Assembly (NCBI GenBank): GCA_963841735.1
Contig: CAWJDT010000001.1
Coordinates: 608,001-672,000, forward strand
DNA from: an uncultured Actinomycetes bacterium
GTDB lineage: Bacteria > Actinomycetota > Thermoleophilia > RBG-16-64-13
Reading direction: 5' to 3'
Length of the DNA stretch: 64,000 bases
Part shown: piece after piece, positions 37,098-48,340 of the stretch
Layout of the letters: every line of letters starts with the position of its first letter
Numbering within the stretch: the stretch's first letter is position 1
The notes under the pieces: generated by a model
What the model was told of the DNA's origin: nothing
Seen by the model: only the letters and a program-made list of their open reading frames with translations
Database searches by the model: none
Program-made: the position numbers and the translations under genes

Positions 37098-38614
37098 ATG
37101 GCGAGCACGGAGTCTCTCAAGGCGCGCGTTGATCAACGCCCGGCAGGCACCTCTCAGGCACCCGGCACTCGCTGCTGCGACGGGTCGCGCTGATCTTCAT
37201 GGCCGCCGTGGTGCTCACCGCCCTTGTCTTGGCGCTGGCCGCCTACTTCATCACCAAGCACGACCAGGACGAACGGGCCCTGGCCGATGCCTTACAACAA
37301 TCGCGCCAGAACCTCACCGTCGCCGACGCCATGCTACCGGCCGAACCCGGCCCGGCCGACTACGAGGAGTTGATGGCGGCTTTCGCGATACGCGGAGACT
37401 TCGACACGCTGGTGGAAGTCGGGTCGGAGACCTACGTCTCGGGGCCCAACGTCACCAAAGCGCCCATCACAGCCGAGCTGGCCGCAGAAGGTGGCCGAAG
37501 GCAACATCCGCTATCAGACCGTCGACGTCTCGGGCGATACCCACCATCGTGGTGGGGGCGCAGCTGCGCTCCGGGGCGCTCGACCATCTACTTCTTCTTC
37601 CCGCAGGACCAGCGCTTGGCGAGCCTGGCGCAGCTGCGCAACATCCTCATCGTCGGAGGGATGCTCTTGGCGCTACTGGGCGCGATCGTCGGGATACCTG
37701 GTGGCCCGGCGCCTGCTCCGCCCCGTGCGGCGGCCAGCCGGGCGGCGGTGCAGATGTCCCACGGAGACTTGGATATCCGACTCCCGACCGGGTCCGATGA
37801 ATTCGGGGTTCTGGCCGCCTCGTTCAACAGCATGGCCGAGAACCTGCAGGCCAAGATGCTCGACCTCGAAGCGGGCCAGGCCCGTGAGCGCCGTTTCGTG
37901 GCCGACGTCACCCACGAACTCCGCACGCCTGTCTCAGCCTTGGTGGGCGAGGCCTCTCTGCTCAAGTCAAGGCTCGAGACCGACCCCTCAGCCTGCCCAC
38001 CCGAGGTCAGGCGCCTGGGCATCATGGTCGAGAGGGACATAACCCGGCTGCGTCAACTCGTCGACGACCTGCTGGAGATCAGCCGGTTGGACGCCCGTGC
38101 CGCCGAGACGGTGATCGAGGCGGTGGACCTGGGACCGTTCCTCAACCAGTTGGTGCTGGCCCACGGCTGGTCTGAAGACCGTGCGGGTGATCGCCGGGGG
38201 CCAGGCCGACTCGTGCGATGGACCTGCACCGCGGCCGGAAGCCCGCTGGCGAACGTGCAGACAAGCGCCGGGTCGAGCGCATCGTGGTCAATCTGGTCGA
38301 GAACGCACTGCTTCATGGAGCCGCCCCGGTGACCATCCAAGCCGGAGCACGGTGCGAATGGAGCAACCGGCGACGACCGGCTCGTAGAGATCACCGTCGC
38401 CGACAGCGGTCCGGGCATTCCTGCCGCGCACCTTCCCTATCTCTTCGACCGCTTCTACAAGGCCGACCCCAGCCGCGCGTCCGGGCGAGGGAGCGGCCTG
38501 GGTCTCGCCATCGCCCGCGGGAACGCCCGCCTCATGGGAGGAGATGTCAACGCCGCCAACGTGCCCGGCGGAGGCGCGCTCTTCCTGGTCACCCTCCCCG
38601 CCGCCGACCTGTAA
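37098..38614 (+). CDS. HAMP-domain sensor histidine kinase (MtrB-like), multiple frameshifts
   Basis: Two TM segments; DEFGVLAASFNSM, ADVTHELRTP, NLVENA, DSGPG, FDRFYKAD, GSGLGLAI across frames. Confidence 0.85.
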
Positions 38615-38722
38615 CACGAATCGTTACCTGACCGCCGCAGGCCCGTGATGAGCGCGGTCGAAGATGACACCACGTGCAAAAGCCGGCTCGTCTCGAGCCC
38701 GGGTTCGAAGGAGGCGGGAACT

Positions 38723-39708
38723 ATGAGCAACATCCTAGGCAAGCGATCCAAGCGAACGACGGTACTTGTGCTTACAATCGTGCTGCTTGTGCTTGCGGCT
38801 TTGGTCTCGGTCGCCTGCGGGGTGGCCGGCAAGGTAGGAGACGGGGGCACCGTCAGTACCGCGGACAGCCCGGTGACCACGATGAGCCCCGGTGAGTCCG
38901 CCACGACAACCACCAACGACCACCGACACCACCGCCCCGACTGGCTCCACGGCCGTCACAGTCACCACCGAGAGCGCCTCGGGCAACGACACCATGACGG
39001 TTAGGGTCTACTTCACCCGTGACGAGAAGATCTGCGCGGCCACCCGGGTCGTCACCAAGACTCAGTCTGTAGGCGCCGCGGCAATGAAAGCCCTCCTCGA
39101 AGGTCCGACCGCCTCCGAGAAGGCGGACGGCGTGTTAAGCACCATCCCGGCAGGCACTACCTTCCTCGGCCTGGACGTCAAGGACGGCATCGCGACCGTC
39201 GACCTGTCCAAGGAGTATCGAGTCGGGCGGAGGCACGCTGTCCATGCAATGCGGATGGCCGAGGTGGTCTTCACCCTTACCCAGTTCCCCACCGTGCACG
39301 GCGTGAACTTCAAGCTCGATGGCGAGCCGATCGACGTACATCAGCGAAGGCGAGGGCATCATCGTCGACCATCCTATGGACCGCGAGGACTACGAAGACA
39401 TGTCTCCGGCCATCTTGGTCGAATCGCCGACGCTGGGCGGGACGGTGACGAGCCCCATGCGGATCACCGGCACCGCCAACGTCTTCGAAGCGGTGTTCCG
39501 GATCAACATCGTCAACTGGGACGGGCTCATCATCGCAGACAAAGTGGTCATGGCCAGTTCCGGCACCGGAACCCGCGGGACATTCGATGTGACCATACCC
39601 TTCACGGTCGACAAGGCCGGCCTCGGCGGCCTCATCGTCTTCGCCGAATCGCCGAAGGATGGCTCTCAGATCAACGTGATCGAGATCCCGCTGCAACTCA
39701 AGAAGTAG
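38723..39708 (+). CDS. GerMN plus Ig-like (Gmad2-type) lipoprotein, multiple frameshifts
   Basis: AAGGAGG RBS; lipobox VAC; ALLEGPT, ATVDLS, VFTLTQFPTV; C-terminal GTANVFEA. Confidence 0.8.
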
Positions 39709-39789
39709 ACGTCCCGGCCAACCCCCTATCCGGGCATGAGCCGCCCTCCGCGCAACAGGCCCGCGCCGGCCTGCGGGGGGCGGCTCAGT

Positions 39790-42728
39790 CTATCTACGCC
39801 GGCGCGTCGCCGCGGACCCCGCGGCGACGGCCCGCTGGTGACTCTGAAACACCAGCGTGGCCTGTAGCCTGTTGGCCACCCCAAGCTTGCGGAAGATGTG
39901 GTTGGCGTGCGTCTTTACCGTCTTTTCGGAGATGATACAGCCGGGCTCCGATCACCTTGTTGGGCATTCCCACGGCGATGGCCTTGAGAATCTCCTTCTC
40001 TCTATCTGTGAGCGACGCCATCAACGCCCCCGCCCCCTCTTGGGAGCCCAGCACCAACCGTTCATCCGCCGACATGCCCGGCCTCTCGCGCTTTCAGTCC
40101 CTGCCTACGCGGAGGCCCAAGGGATACGTCGGTGGGATAGGTGTTGCCGTCCGTGAGCGAGGAGAAGTAGTCTTGTAGACTCCGGGGCAGCAGAGGGACG
40201 ATCCTGCTCCGCACGAAGGAACCGGTCCCGAAACGGTCACACAAGGCCAGGATGGGCACCGTGACCTTCGCTTCTTGGCTGAAGAAGTGGATGTGTTCGT
40301 GCTCTTCGGCGATGCGCATCGCCTCCCCCAAGCACGAGGCAGCCTCACGTTCGCGCTCGCCACAGGCATGCAGCCACCCAAGGTAGAAGAGCGCAGGAGC
40401 CAGAGGGCTCTTGAGCCCCAACTGGCGACACAGGCGCACAGACTCCTCCAGTGTGGCGAGTGCCTCCTCGTCTCTTCCCAAGAGAACTAGATCCATACCT
40501 ACAGCAGCAACCGCGCGAACCCGCTCAAACACAGCCAGCCTGCTACGACTGGCCAGGTCAAGAGCATTACGGTGATGATCCAGCGCGCGCGCCGGGTTGC
40601 GATTGCACCGGCAGAGGTCTCCAAACATCTCCTCTGCGCGGAAGGCCTGCTCCACATCCCCCACTTCCGCGGCCAACGACTGGGCCTCCCTGAGCTTCGC
40701 GACTGCCCCTCGGTAGTCCCATCGACCCAGGACCACAGCCGCTTGGCACAACAGGCCGGGTACGCGCATGAACTCGTATTGGTGCGTGTGTACCAAGCGC
40801 CTACACTGCACCGCGAGACGCTCGGCCAGATCGTACTCGCCGGTCAGATAGGCGAGGACTCCGGCGCCATCAAGAGCCATGGCTCGGGCGGGCGTCACCG
40901 GGCCCGCTCCCAGCGCCATGGCTTTGTCGATCCACGACCTCGCCAACCGGTAGTGACCTAGCGAAAGGAACAGCCGAGCCCGGCCTATGAAGACCCGCCG
41001 CGACAGCGCCGTCCGGCGCGGCGCCGGCGCGAGAATAAGAGCCCTCTCCCATTTCTCCACCGCCTCGTCCCACCGACAGAGGCTCACGAGTACGCTACCT
41101 TCAGCCACCAGCACCTCTGCCTTCTCTGCCGCGCCACGAGCAACCGACCCACAGCGCCCGAGAACCGCGAGACTCTCCTCCCAAAGACCTTGGATGAAGA
41201 CGCAGAAAGCCAGGCGCAGCAAGACTGGGAGCAGTCCCTCCTTGTCACCTGAGGCCGCGAGAAGACGGGCCGCCTCCCCGTACAGCGAAGCTGCAGCCGC
41301 ATAGTCGCTCTGCTGCTGCAGAGCGCGGGCCTTGGCCACCAGTAGCCAAGGTTGGCAGATATCAGCACCGGACGACCGATCAGGCATGAGTTCGGCCCAT
41401 TCGTCCCGGGTGAAACCAAGCGTGGCGTCCAGCGAAGATAGGGCCAGCGAGCGGAGCGGCCGGCAGGCATCGGCGAAGCGCCCGGCCCGCAGGTACAGAT
41501 AGGCCGCATGGTAGTGCTCGCCTAGGTTCTCCAAGTGCGCCGCTACCCTGCCGAGCAACCCTAGCCCGTCTGCGGTGGCTCGGGCCTGCCGCTCGGCCAA
41601 TCCACGCACGAGAGGATGCACAGTGTAGCTGCGTTGGCCGACCCGGGTCACCAGAAAGCCCCTGGACACGAAATCATCCAGAATCATCTCGGTGCAGCCC
41701 GGTTGTCCGGCGAAGAGGACTTCGTCCCGAGGAAAGATGACCCGAGGCAAGAGACCGGCCATGAGCATGGTCCGAGCGGCTGACGGCTCAAGTCCGCCCA
41801 GGATGTCCTGCTCGAGATAGACCCGCAGGTCCCGCCCCTGGGCGATCAGTTCGACGATGTCCTTGCCGGCCACGGCCGGCTCACTGGACAGCAGGCGCTG
41901 CCCCAGCAGCACCAAAGCAGCGGGCCAGCCCTGGGTTAGGCGCCAAAGGGCGCGCGCTTCTACCGGCTGCAGGGTCACGGCCCAGTTCTTTGCCGCCCAA
42001 GCGGCGACTTCTTTGGGAGTCAGCCTCAGCTGCCGGCTGCACACCCGTACCAGCCGTCCCCCCATAGCCACACGGTCAAGCTCCAGCGGCAGTTGATGAC
42101 GCGACGACACGAGCACAGTCCAACCCGGCGGGAGCCCGCGCAATATCAGCCCCAGTATCGTCACAATCGGCGGCGAAGCCTCGACCAAATGGAAGTCATC
42201 GATGGCAAGCAGAGTCTGCTCGCCCGCCTTCTCTCGTATAAAGTCCACAAGTCTCGCCGCCAGATCGAGCACCGCCCCGTCCCGCTCACCGGAAGCCGAC
42301 CAGTCCAAGCCCGGGAGCGACGCCGCGTTGTCCGGTTCCATACCGAGCGCAACGGCCAGATAGCTCAAGAAGCGATTGGGATCACGATCTCCCTCGTCAA
42401 GCGAGAAGTACACGGTGCGACCACCGACGGTCGAGAGAAGATCCACGATGAAGGCTGTCTTACCGTAGCCTGGCCCCGCGACCAAGCAGATGGCCCCGCC
42501 GGCCCGGACCGGCCCTACGAGCGCATGCAGCCGCGGACGACTGAGGACGAAGCCCATGTGAGGCAGACTCAGCTTCGCCGTCAGCACCCTGGCCCGTTGC
42601 TCATTGACTTCGGACGTTTCCATTTCCGGTGCTTCCCGCAGACGCCGGGGCAAGTTACGTCCGGTGGCCACAATGCCCCCGGAAGAAACAATCGTATCAG
42701 TGAGAACCTGAGTGTCAATGTTGTTCAT
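39790..42728 (-). CDS. MalT-like LuxR regulator (NTPase, TPR, C-terminal HTH), frameshifts near 40090 and 39935
   Basis: AKLSLP..RPRL, GPGYGKT, IDDFH, TQGWPAAL; HTH LTDREKEIL..GMPNK, then ISEKTVKTHANHIFRKLGV in another frame. Confidence 0.85.
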
Positions 42729-42773
42729 ACACTCCCCCCATCGGTGAATCTCGTCGGGGCACTGCTTTCCCAC

Positions 42774-42836
42774 GCCCTTGCCCGCGACGGACCCTGCCCC
42801 GAACGATGCCGGCGGGTCCGTCGCAGGGACGGGCGC
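42774..42836 (-). terminator. GC-rich hairpin immediately downstream of ssb
   Basis: GCGACGGACCC...GGGTCCGTCGC core stem with extendable arms; no U-tract. Confidence 0.45.
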
Positions 42837-43123
42837 TAAAGGTACTCGAGGCGTTTGGCCACTACAGAGACCGCCTTGCGCTCCTCACCGTCTTTCTCGT
42901 AGACGTCCTGCCGCAGCGAGCCTTCCACCGCAATACGACGCCCCTTGCCCAAGTGGTCTCCAGCGGCTTCGGCCTGCGAGTTCCAGGCTTTTATCCTGAA
43001 GAAGTCCGCCTCTTCGGCGTTCCTGTCGACGGCCAGGATGAAACTACTCACCTTAGAGCCGCCATTCACCTCCTTGACATCCACATCTGTGGCCAGACGG
43101 CCTATCAAGTGCACACTGTTCAT
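42836..43123 (-). CDS. ssb: Short single-stranded DNA-binding protein (OB fold only, 95 aa)
   Basis: MNSVHLIGRL, ADFF, KGRRIAVEGSL; AGGAGG RBS; no acidic C-terminal tail. Confidence 0.9.
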   Translation of the reverse strand: MNSVHLIGRLATDVDVKEVNGGSKVSSFILAVDRNAEEADFFRIKAWNSQAEAAGDHLGKGRRIAVEGSLRQDVYEKDGEERKAVSVVAKRLEYL

Positions 43124-43240
43124 GTGGTCCTCCTCCTTGCTCGCTTTCGTCGCGCCCCTTTCCCCGACTACCAGCGGCCGGGGATTGCAGAGTAGCGACC
43201 TGCAGCTGAGGGATGAATACAACCAAAGGTGGAACCTCCC

Positions 43241-43269
43241 CTAAACTCAGATCCCTCCCTGGTCGATAT
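43241..43269 (+). promoter_or_regulatory. Possible sigma-28-type promoter giving a leaderless mRNA
   Basis: TAAA-N16-GTCGATAT, ending 7 nt before ATG 43277. Confidence 0.45.
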
Positions 43270-43276
43270 GTCTGAT

Positions 43277-43606
43277 ATGGGACAGGACCTAGACAGAAAT
43301 GACTCTCGCGCAACGGCGGCCAATATCTTCTGCCGCTCGTGTGGCTCGCCGTTGGCCCAGGCCGCCGACTGGGATCAGGGCCAAGACTCGGTTTGGGAGG
43401 TCAGGCTTTGGTGCCCGGAATGTGGGTTCGAACAGGCGGCCGCTCTCGACCGTTCTCAGTTGCTCTACCTGTCGCTGGCCATCGAGGAGGGCTTCAACTG
43501 GATGCTCCAAGCGCTGGCCGAACTCACGGCCGTAGCCGCTGCCCCAGCGAACTTCGATTTCGCCCGCAAGGCTCAGACCGAGCGGATCCGCCCAGCAGGC
43601 CACTGA
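43277..43606 (+). CDS. Hypothetical zinc-ribbon-like protein
   Basis: CRSC...DW...W.VRLWCPEC. Confidence 0.6.
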   Translation: MGQDLDRNDSRATAANIFCRSCGSPLAQAADWDQGQDSVWEVRLWCPECGFEQAAALDRSQLLYLSLAIEEGFNWMLQALAELTAVAAAPANFDFARKAQTERIRPAGH

Positions 43607-43682
43607 ACCAACCCGCCCGGCATCTTCTGCGCTATCCTCAGCCCGGTGCAATCAATCGGAGTGTTGGAGGAGAGGAGCAGCG

Positions 43683-44078
43683 ATGGACATGGAAGTCTTC
43701 TTCCCCGGCAACAAGCGGGTCCACGCCCGTTACAGAGGTTTCTTGATCGAGACTGACCAGCCGGTGGCAAGCGGAGGAGACGCGAGCGCACCTGCCCCCT
43801 TCGATCTCTTCATGGCCTCGATTGGAACGTGCGCGGGAATATACGTGCTGTCCTTCTTGGAACAGCGCGGGCTCTCCACCCAAGGGGCAGGTGTCAACCT
43901 CAGTTCAGAACGAGACCCTGAGACCAAGCTTGTGTCCAAGATCACGCTTGAACTGAAATTGCCGCCGGAATTCCCCGACAAGTATCGAGACGCCGTGATC
44001 AGGGCGGCCGAGCAATGCGCCGTCAAGCGTCACCTCGACCACCCACCCGCCTTCGAGACCTACGTGACCGTGGGCTGA
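43683..44078 (+). CDS. OsmC-family protein
   Basis: TDQP..GG..APAPFDLFMASIGTC and QCAVKRHL; GAGGAG RBS. Confidence 0.9.
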   Translation: MDMEVFFPGNKRVHARYRGFLIETDQPVASGGDASAPAPFDLFMASIGTCAGIYVLSFLEQRGLSTQGAGVNLSSERDPETKLVSKITLELKLPPEFPDKYRDAVIRAAEQCAVKRHLDHPPAFETYVTVG

Positions 44079-44096
44079 GGCCCTAGGTTGCGCCGC

Positions 44097-44435
44097 CTAG
44101 GAGGCGGCGGGAGGCTCGCCTTCATTCTGTGGGGCCTGCGCCGCAGCGGCCTTGGCCGCCGCTTCGGCCTCAGCTTTGGCGGCTGCATCGGCTTTGAGTT
44201 TGGCTATTTGATCCTCAAGCTGTGACATGTCCGTCAAGTACTTCACCCGCAGGGCATCGTCCACTTGACGGCCGCGGTGAACGTCGAAGGCGAGATGGCC
44301 GAGCTTCTTGGCCAAGCCATCCAGCTGCATCTCCAGCTGCATCTCTTCGACCTTGAGCTTGCCCTTGTCCAGCGCCACCTTGGCTTCCTCGCCGACCCGC
44401 TTGAATCCTTTGCCCAGTTTGTCCTTAAGTGCCAT
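44097..44435 (-). CDS. Hypothetical coiled-coil protein
   Basis: AGGAGG RBS; helical Lys/Glu/Ala-rich sequence. Confidence 0.65.
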   Translation of the reverse strand: MALKDKLGKGFKRVGEEAKVALDKGKLKVEEMQLEMQLDGLAKKLGHLAFDVHRGRQVDDALRVKYLTDMSQLEDQIAKLKADAAAKAEAEAAAKAAAAQAPQNEGEPPAAS

Positions 44436-44644
44436 GAGCGAACCCTCCTTGTCGGACCGCGCGGCTGTCCCGCGGGTCTTGAATCGAACACATTCCAGTC
44501 GCTCTCTTGAACTGACTATTATAGGCTACCCACAATAGGGCGCCGAAACAACCTAACTGTGGGCGGTGGGAGCGGTCACCGTGTTTGCCGGTGCTATTAT
44601 TCGGGCGCCCCACCAACTCAGGCCCCGCACTCGAGGAGAGGCTC

Positions 44645-45982
44645 TTGGAACTCGCGGTCCCATTTCGCGCATGGCGGTACGCCTCCACGGCCGGCGATCC
44701 AGCGCGGCTGGTCGCGCCGCCCTACGACGTCATTGGGCCCGAACTCCAGTCCCGCTTGTACACGAGCGACCCCCACAACGTGGTCCGGGTGGACCTTGGC
44801 ATAACCACCCCGAGCGACAACGACTGCGACAATCAGTACACAAGAGCCGCGGCCTATCTCGAGCGGTGGAAGAAAGCGGGCGTCCTACTCCGCGACTCCC
44901 AGCCGTCGATGACCTTTGTGGAAGAGAACTTCACCGGCCCCGACGGCCAGGCGAAGATCCGCCATGGCTTTCTGGCCGCGATGCGCCTGTATGACTATGG
45001 GGAAGGCGTCATCTTTCCGCACGAGGAGACGCTCACCGGTCCCAAGGAGGATCGTTTCCGGCTGATGGCGGCCACTGCCATGAATCTCAGCCCCGTCTTC
45101 CTGCTGTATGAGCTTCCCGGCGACGACATCACACGCGCCTGGAAGGCCGGCCCCGGCACCGAGCCGGCGGCGGTCACCGTGACCGACGACAAGGGCAACG
45201 CGACAAGAATGTGGCCCTCTTCCGTTCCCGGCATTCTACAGAAGGTCGAGCAGAGCCTAGCCGGGTCGCGTTTCATCATCGCCGACGGCCATCACCGCTA
45301 CGAGACAGCTCTGCGCTACAGGGAGCACCGGTGGGCAAAGCCCGGCGACGGCCTGGTCGCTCGTCCCGCGTTTGACTACTTCTTGGCCTACTTCAGCAAC
45401 ATGGCCGATCCGGACCTGGCCATCTACGCCACTCACCGCTTGGTGGCAGGTGTCGGTGCCGCCAAGGTGGCTGCTTTACCTGACTCACTCCCGCAATGGT
45501 TCGAGGTGGAGCGCTTGACCGCGGGGCCCACTACGGCTGTTGAGGCTCAGACCACTACGGAGGCATTCCTTCGCGACCATCCCAGGGGAGCTTTCGCCTT
45601 GTGGGGAGCGGATCTTGGTGCCGCCTACGGCCTCCTATTGAAAGACCGGGCCGCCGTCCAGGCGATGGTTCCAGAACACAGCGCCGCCTATCAGGAGCTC
45701 GATGTCACCGTGCTCCAGACACTCGTCCTGGAGAGGGCTTTGGGAATCACCGCCGCAGACATGGCGGCAGGACAGCACGTGACATTTTTCAAAGACCCAG
45801 GCGACGCCTTTGCCCGATTGGGCGAAGGAGAATTCCAGGCCGGGTTCTTTTTGAACCCCACGGGGATGAATCAGGTGCGCGAAGTGGCGTTCGGAGGAGA
45901 GCGCATGCCACAGAAGGCCACCTACTTCTACCCCAAACTGCCCACCGGGCTGGTCTTTCACGACCTGAGCAGCCGGCTCTAG
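44645..45982 (+). CDS. DUF1015 family protein
   Basis: APPYDVI, PHEETL, IADGHHRYETA, MPQKATYFYPK..TGLV. Confidence 0.9.
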   Translation: MELAVPFRAWRYASTAGDPARLVAPPYDVIGPELQSRLYTSDPHNVVRVDLGITTPSDNDCDNQYTRAAAYLERWKKAGVLLRDSQPSMTFVEENFTGPDGQAKIRHGFLAAMRLYDYGEGVIFPHEETLTGPKEDRFRLMAATAMNLSPVFLLYELPGDDITRAWKAGPGTEPAAVTVTDDKGNATRMWPSSVPGILQKVEQSLAGSRFIIADGHHRYETALRYREHRWAKPGDGLVARPAFDYFLAYFSNMADPDLAIYATHRLVAGVGAAKVAALPDSLPQWFEVERLTAGPTTAVEAQTTTEAFLRDHPRGAFALWGADLGAAYGLLLKDRAAVQAMVPEHSAAYQELDVTVLQTLVLERALGITAADMAAGQHVTFFKDPGDAFARLGEGEFQAGFFLNPTGMNQVREVAFGGERMPQKATYFYPKLPTGLVFHDLSSRL

Positions 45983-46003
45983 CACCCTAGCGGCGCCGGA
46001 GCT

Positions 46004-46780
46004 CTAGGAGTCCGCGCTCACCTCAAAGGGCTCGATGCGAAGAGCGTGGCCGTCGGAACCGACCTCCACCACCGCCCCTTCCAGCCACACGTCGCCGTCG
46101 GCCACTTCGAAGCGCACCGGTAGCTGCGTCAGCAGCCTCTCCAGAACGAGTTCCTTCTTGACACCGATCACAGAATCGCGTGGACCACACATGCCGGCGT
46201 CGGTCATGTACGCGGTGCCACCCGGCAGGACTCGGGCGTCGCCGGTGCGGACGTGGGTATGTGTACCTATCACGGCGCTCACCCGGCCGTCCAGGAACCA
46301 GCCCATCGCCACCTTCTCGCTGGTGGCCTCGGCGTGAAGGTCGACCAAGACGTTGCGCACGCCGTGCAATTGCTCCAAGGCCTCCTCTACCGCCTCGAAG
46401 GGTGAGCGCGCCGGGTTCATGTAGAGTTCGCCGCTGAGGTTGATGACCCCCAAGCGCCCCCCGGGGGTGTCGACCACCGTGACTCCCCGTCCAGGGTTGG
46501 AGGCAAGGAAGTTGAACGGGCGGATGATACGGGGATGCTCGTCCAGATAGCGATAGGTGTCGCGTTGCCGCCACACGTGGTTGCCGGTGGTGATCACGTC
46601 CACCCCCGCGGCAAAGAGAGCGTTGGCGTGGGCGGGCTTGATGCCCTTTCCCTCGGTGGCATTCTCACCGTTGACGATCACCGCGTCGGCAGAGAAGCGG
46701 CTGCGCAGCTCAGAGAGCTTGGCCACAAGCAGTTCCCGGCCGGGCTTGCCTATGACATCGGCAAAGAAGAGGAAGATCAA
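46004..46780 (-). CDS. ymdB: YmdB-like metallophosphoesterase
   Basis: DVIGKPG, NGENA, TTGNH, DLHAEATSEK, GTHTH, TDAGMCG. Confidence 0.9.
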   Translation of the reverse strand: MIFLFFADVIGKPGRELLVAKLSELRSRFSADAVIVNGENATEGKGIKPAHANALFAAGVDVITTGNHVWRQRDTYRYLDEHPRIIRPFNFLASNPGRGVTVVDTPGGRLGVINLSGELYMNPARSPFEAVEEALEQLHGVRNVLVDLHAEATSEKVAMGWFLDGRVSAVIGTHTHVRTGDARVLPGGTAYMTDAGMCGPRDSVIGVKKELVLERLLTQLPVRFEVADGDVWLEGAVVEVGSDGHALRIEPFEVSADS

Positions 46781-47009
46781 AGAAGGCCTCCTATGCGCTC
46801 GTCCGAGCGCGCGATTATCCTAGCGGCTTCGCGACCCAGTTTACCGCACGAGCCTGAAGGTGCCGCGCCTCCCCCATGTGGAGCCCACCGATCCCTGCCG
46901 CCTGGTACTGAGGCATCCCGGCCAACAACCAACTTAGGTCTCATGGCCGCCGCTTGGCGACCCTCCTTAGCCTCGATACATCCGTTCAATCGAGACAAAG
47001 GAGCGCATC

Positions 47010-48338
47010 ATGACGAGTTCACGCCCCCCCTCCCGGCGCGCTTGGCCTGGGCGCCTTGGCCGCCCGCCGGCCGACGGCGCGCCACTGCGGACGATGTTTG
47101 CCGCCTTAGCCGCCCACTTCCGTCTGACCGTGGCGGCCAGCCTGTGCATCCTGGCCACGGGCGCTCTGCTCGTCCCCGGCTTGGTCTTCGGAGCCGAGAG
47201 TCCCCTTGCCGTGCCCATGGAAACACCTAGTGCCGTCACCTCGCCCTCGGCCGCATTGCCGGACGCATCCCTCCCGGTCGCGGATGGAGAACCCGTTCAG
47301 ACCGAGATCACGCAGGCCGCTGCGCCTATCGGAGACGCTCCGCTTGTCACTTTGCCCTGGGGCGACGGCGATAACCAGGTTGGCCTCTGCCGTCCCTCAG
47401 AGGGTCTCACCAGAGGCCCCGAAGCCCTGGCAGTCGCCCCCGACGGCCGCATCGCCGTGCTCGACTCGGTCAACCGGCGCGTTCTGTTGCTGGACGCCGG
47501 TGGACAGGTCACGGGTATGTTTGCGGTGGCTTTGACGGAGCCGCGGTTCCTCGCCGTCGATGACGACCGCCTCTACGTTCTCGACAACGATGCCGACCGT
47601 CGGCTGGCCGCCTTCGACTGGAACGGCGCCTGTGTGGGGCTCGAATACCTTCCCGCGCTCCAGGACGTGGTCACCGGCTTGTTCGCCACCGTCGAAGGGC
47701 CGTGCGTGGAGGTGGCCCACCGAACCTCGCTCCTGCTCTCCGGTACAGTTGTGGCCTCCGTCGCGGCGGTTACCGCGGCTGGCATCCCCGAGGCGAAAAC
47801 CGCGGCGCTCCCCGGCGGCCCCGCTCAGGCTCCCCTCCGCGCGCTGGAAGGGCGTCCGGTCGACCATGCCCTCGTCCGACTGGCGAGAGTGACCTTCAAG
47901 CCGGGGCAGAACCCGTCGATCAGATCTTTCAAGTTTGACAAAGCCAACTTCAAGTCCGCCAAGACCAACGAGCTCTCCCCGACCATCGCCTTGGGCCGCC
48001 CGATCGAGCACCTCGTATCCGTCGACGGGGACGGGAGCGGCGGGCTCATCGTGGGGGCACGCCTCAGCGAGCCTGAGACATGCGCTGTTGGGCAGGCCTA
48101 CCTAGCGCTTACCAGACTGGCCTCTTCCGGTGCCGGTGCCGCGGACGCCGCCTCGATGCACTCCACGGCAGCTGACTCTGCAGTTCTGTTACTGGCGGAG
48201 TCGTCGTTCGCCTACCTGGGTCAGCCCTACGTGGTAGCGCCCGATGGCCGGGTCTTCCAGCCCGTGGGCAGCGAAGAAGGCTACAGCATCTTTGTGCGCA
48301 GCTTCTCTGAAGGCGCGACCGTGAAGGTGGAGGTGTAG
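47010..48338 (+). CDS. Exported beta-propeller-like protein
   Basis: Hydrophobic signal region; GPEALAVAPDG..VLDSVNRRV and PRFLAVD..LYVLD blades. Confidence 0.6.
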   Translation: MTSSRPPSRRAWPGRLGRPPADGAPLRTMFAALAAHFRLTVAASLCILATGALLVPGLVFGAESPLAVPMETPSAVTSPSAALPDASLPVADGEPVQTEITQAAAPIGDAPLVTLPWGDGDNQVGLCRPSEGLTRGPEALAVAPDGRIAVLDSVNRRVLLLDAGGQVTGMFAVALTEPRFLAVDDDRLYVLDNDADRRLAAFDWNGACVGLEYLPALQDVVTGLFATVEGPCVEVAHRTSLLLSGTVVASVAAVTAAGIPEAKTAALPGGPAQAPLRALEGRPVDHALVRLARVTFKPGQNPSIRSFKFDKANFKSAKTNELSPTIALGRPIEHLVSVDGDGSGGLIVGARLSEPETCAVGQAYLALTRLASSGAGAADAASMHSTAADSAVLLLAESSFAYLGQPYVVAPDGRVFQPVGSEEGYSIFVRSFSEGATVKVEV

Positions 48339-48340
48339 CC

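Noticed and set aside
44484-44498. LexA (SOS) box CGAACACATTCC
   Set aside because: The right half-site does not match GTTC at the required spacing
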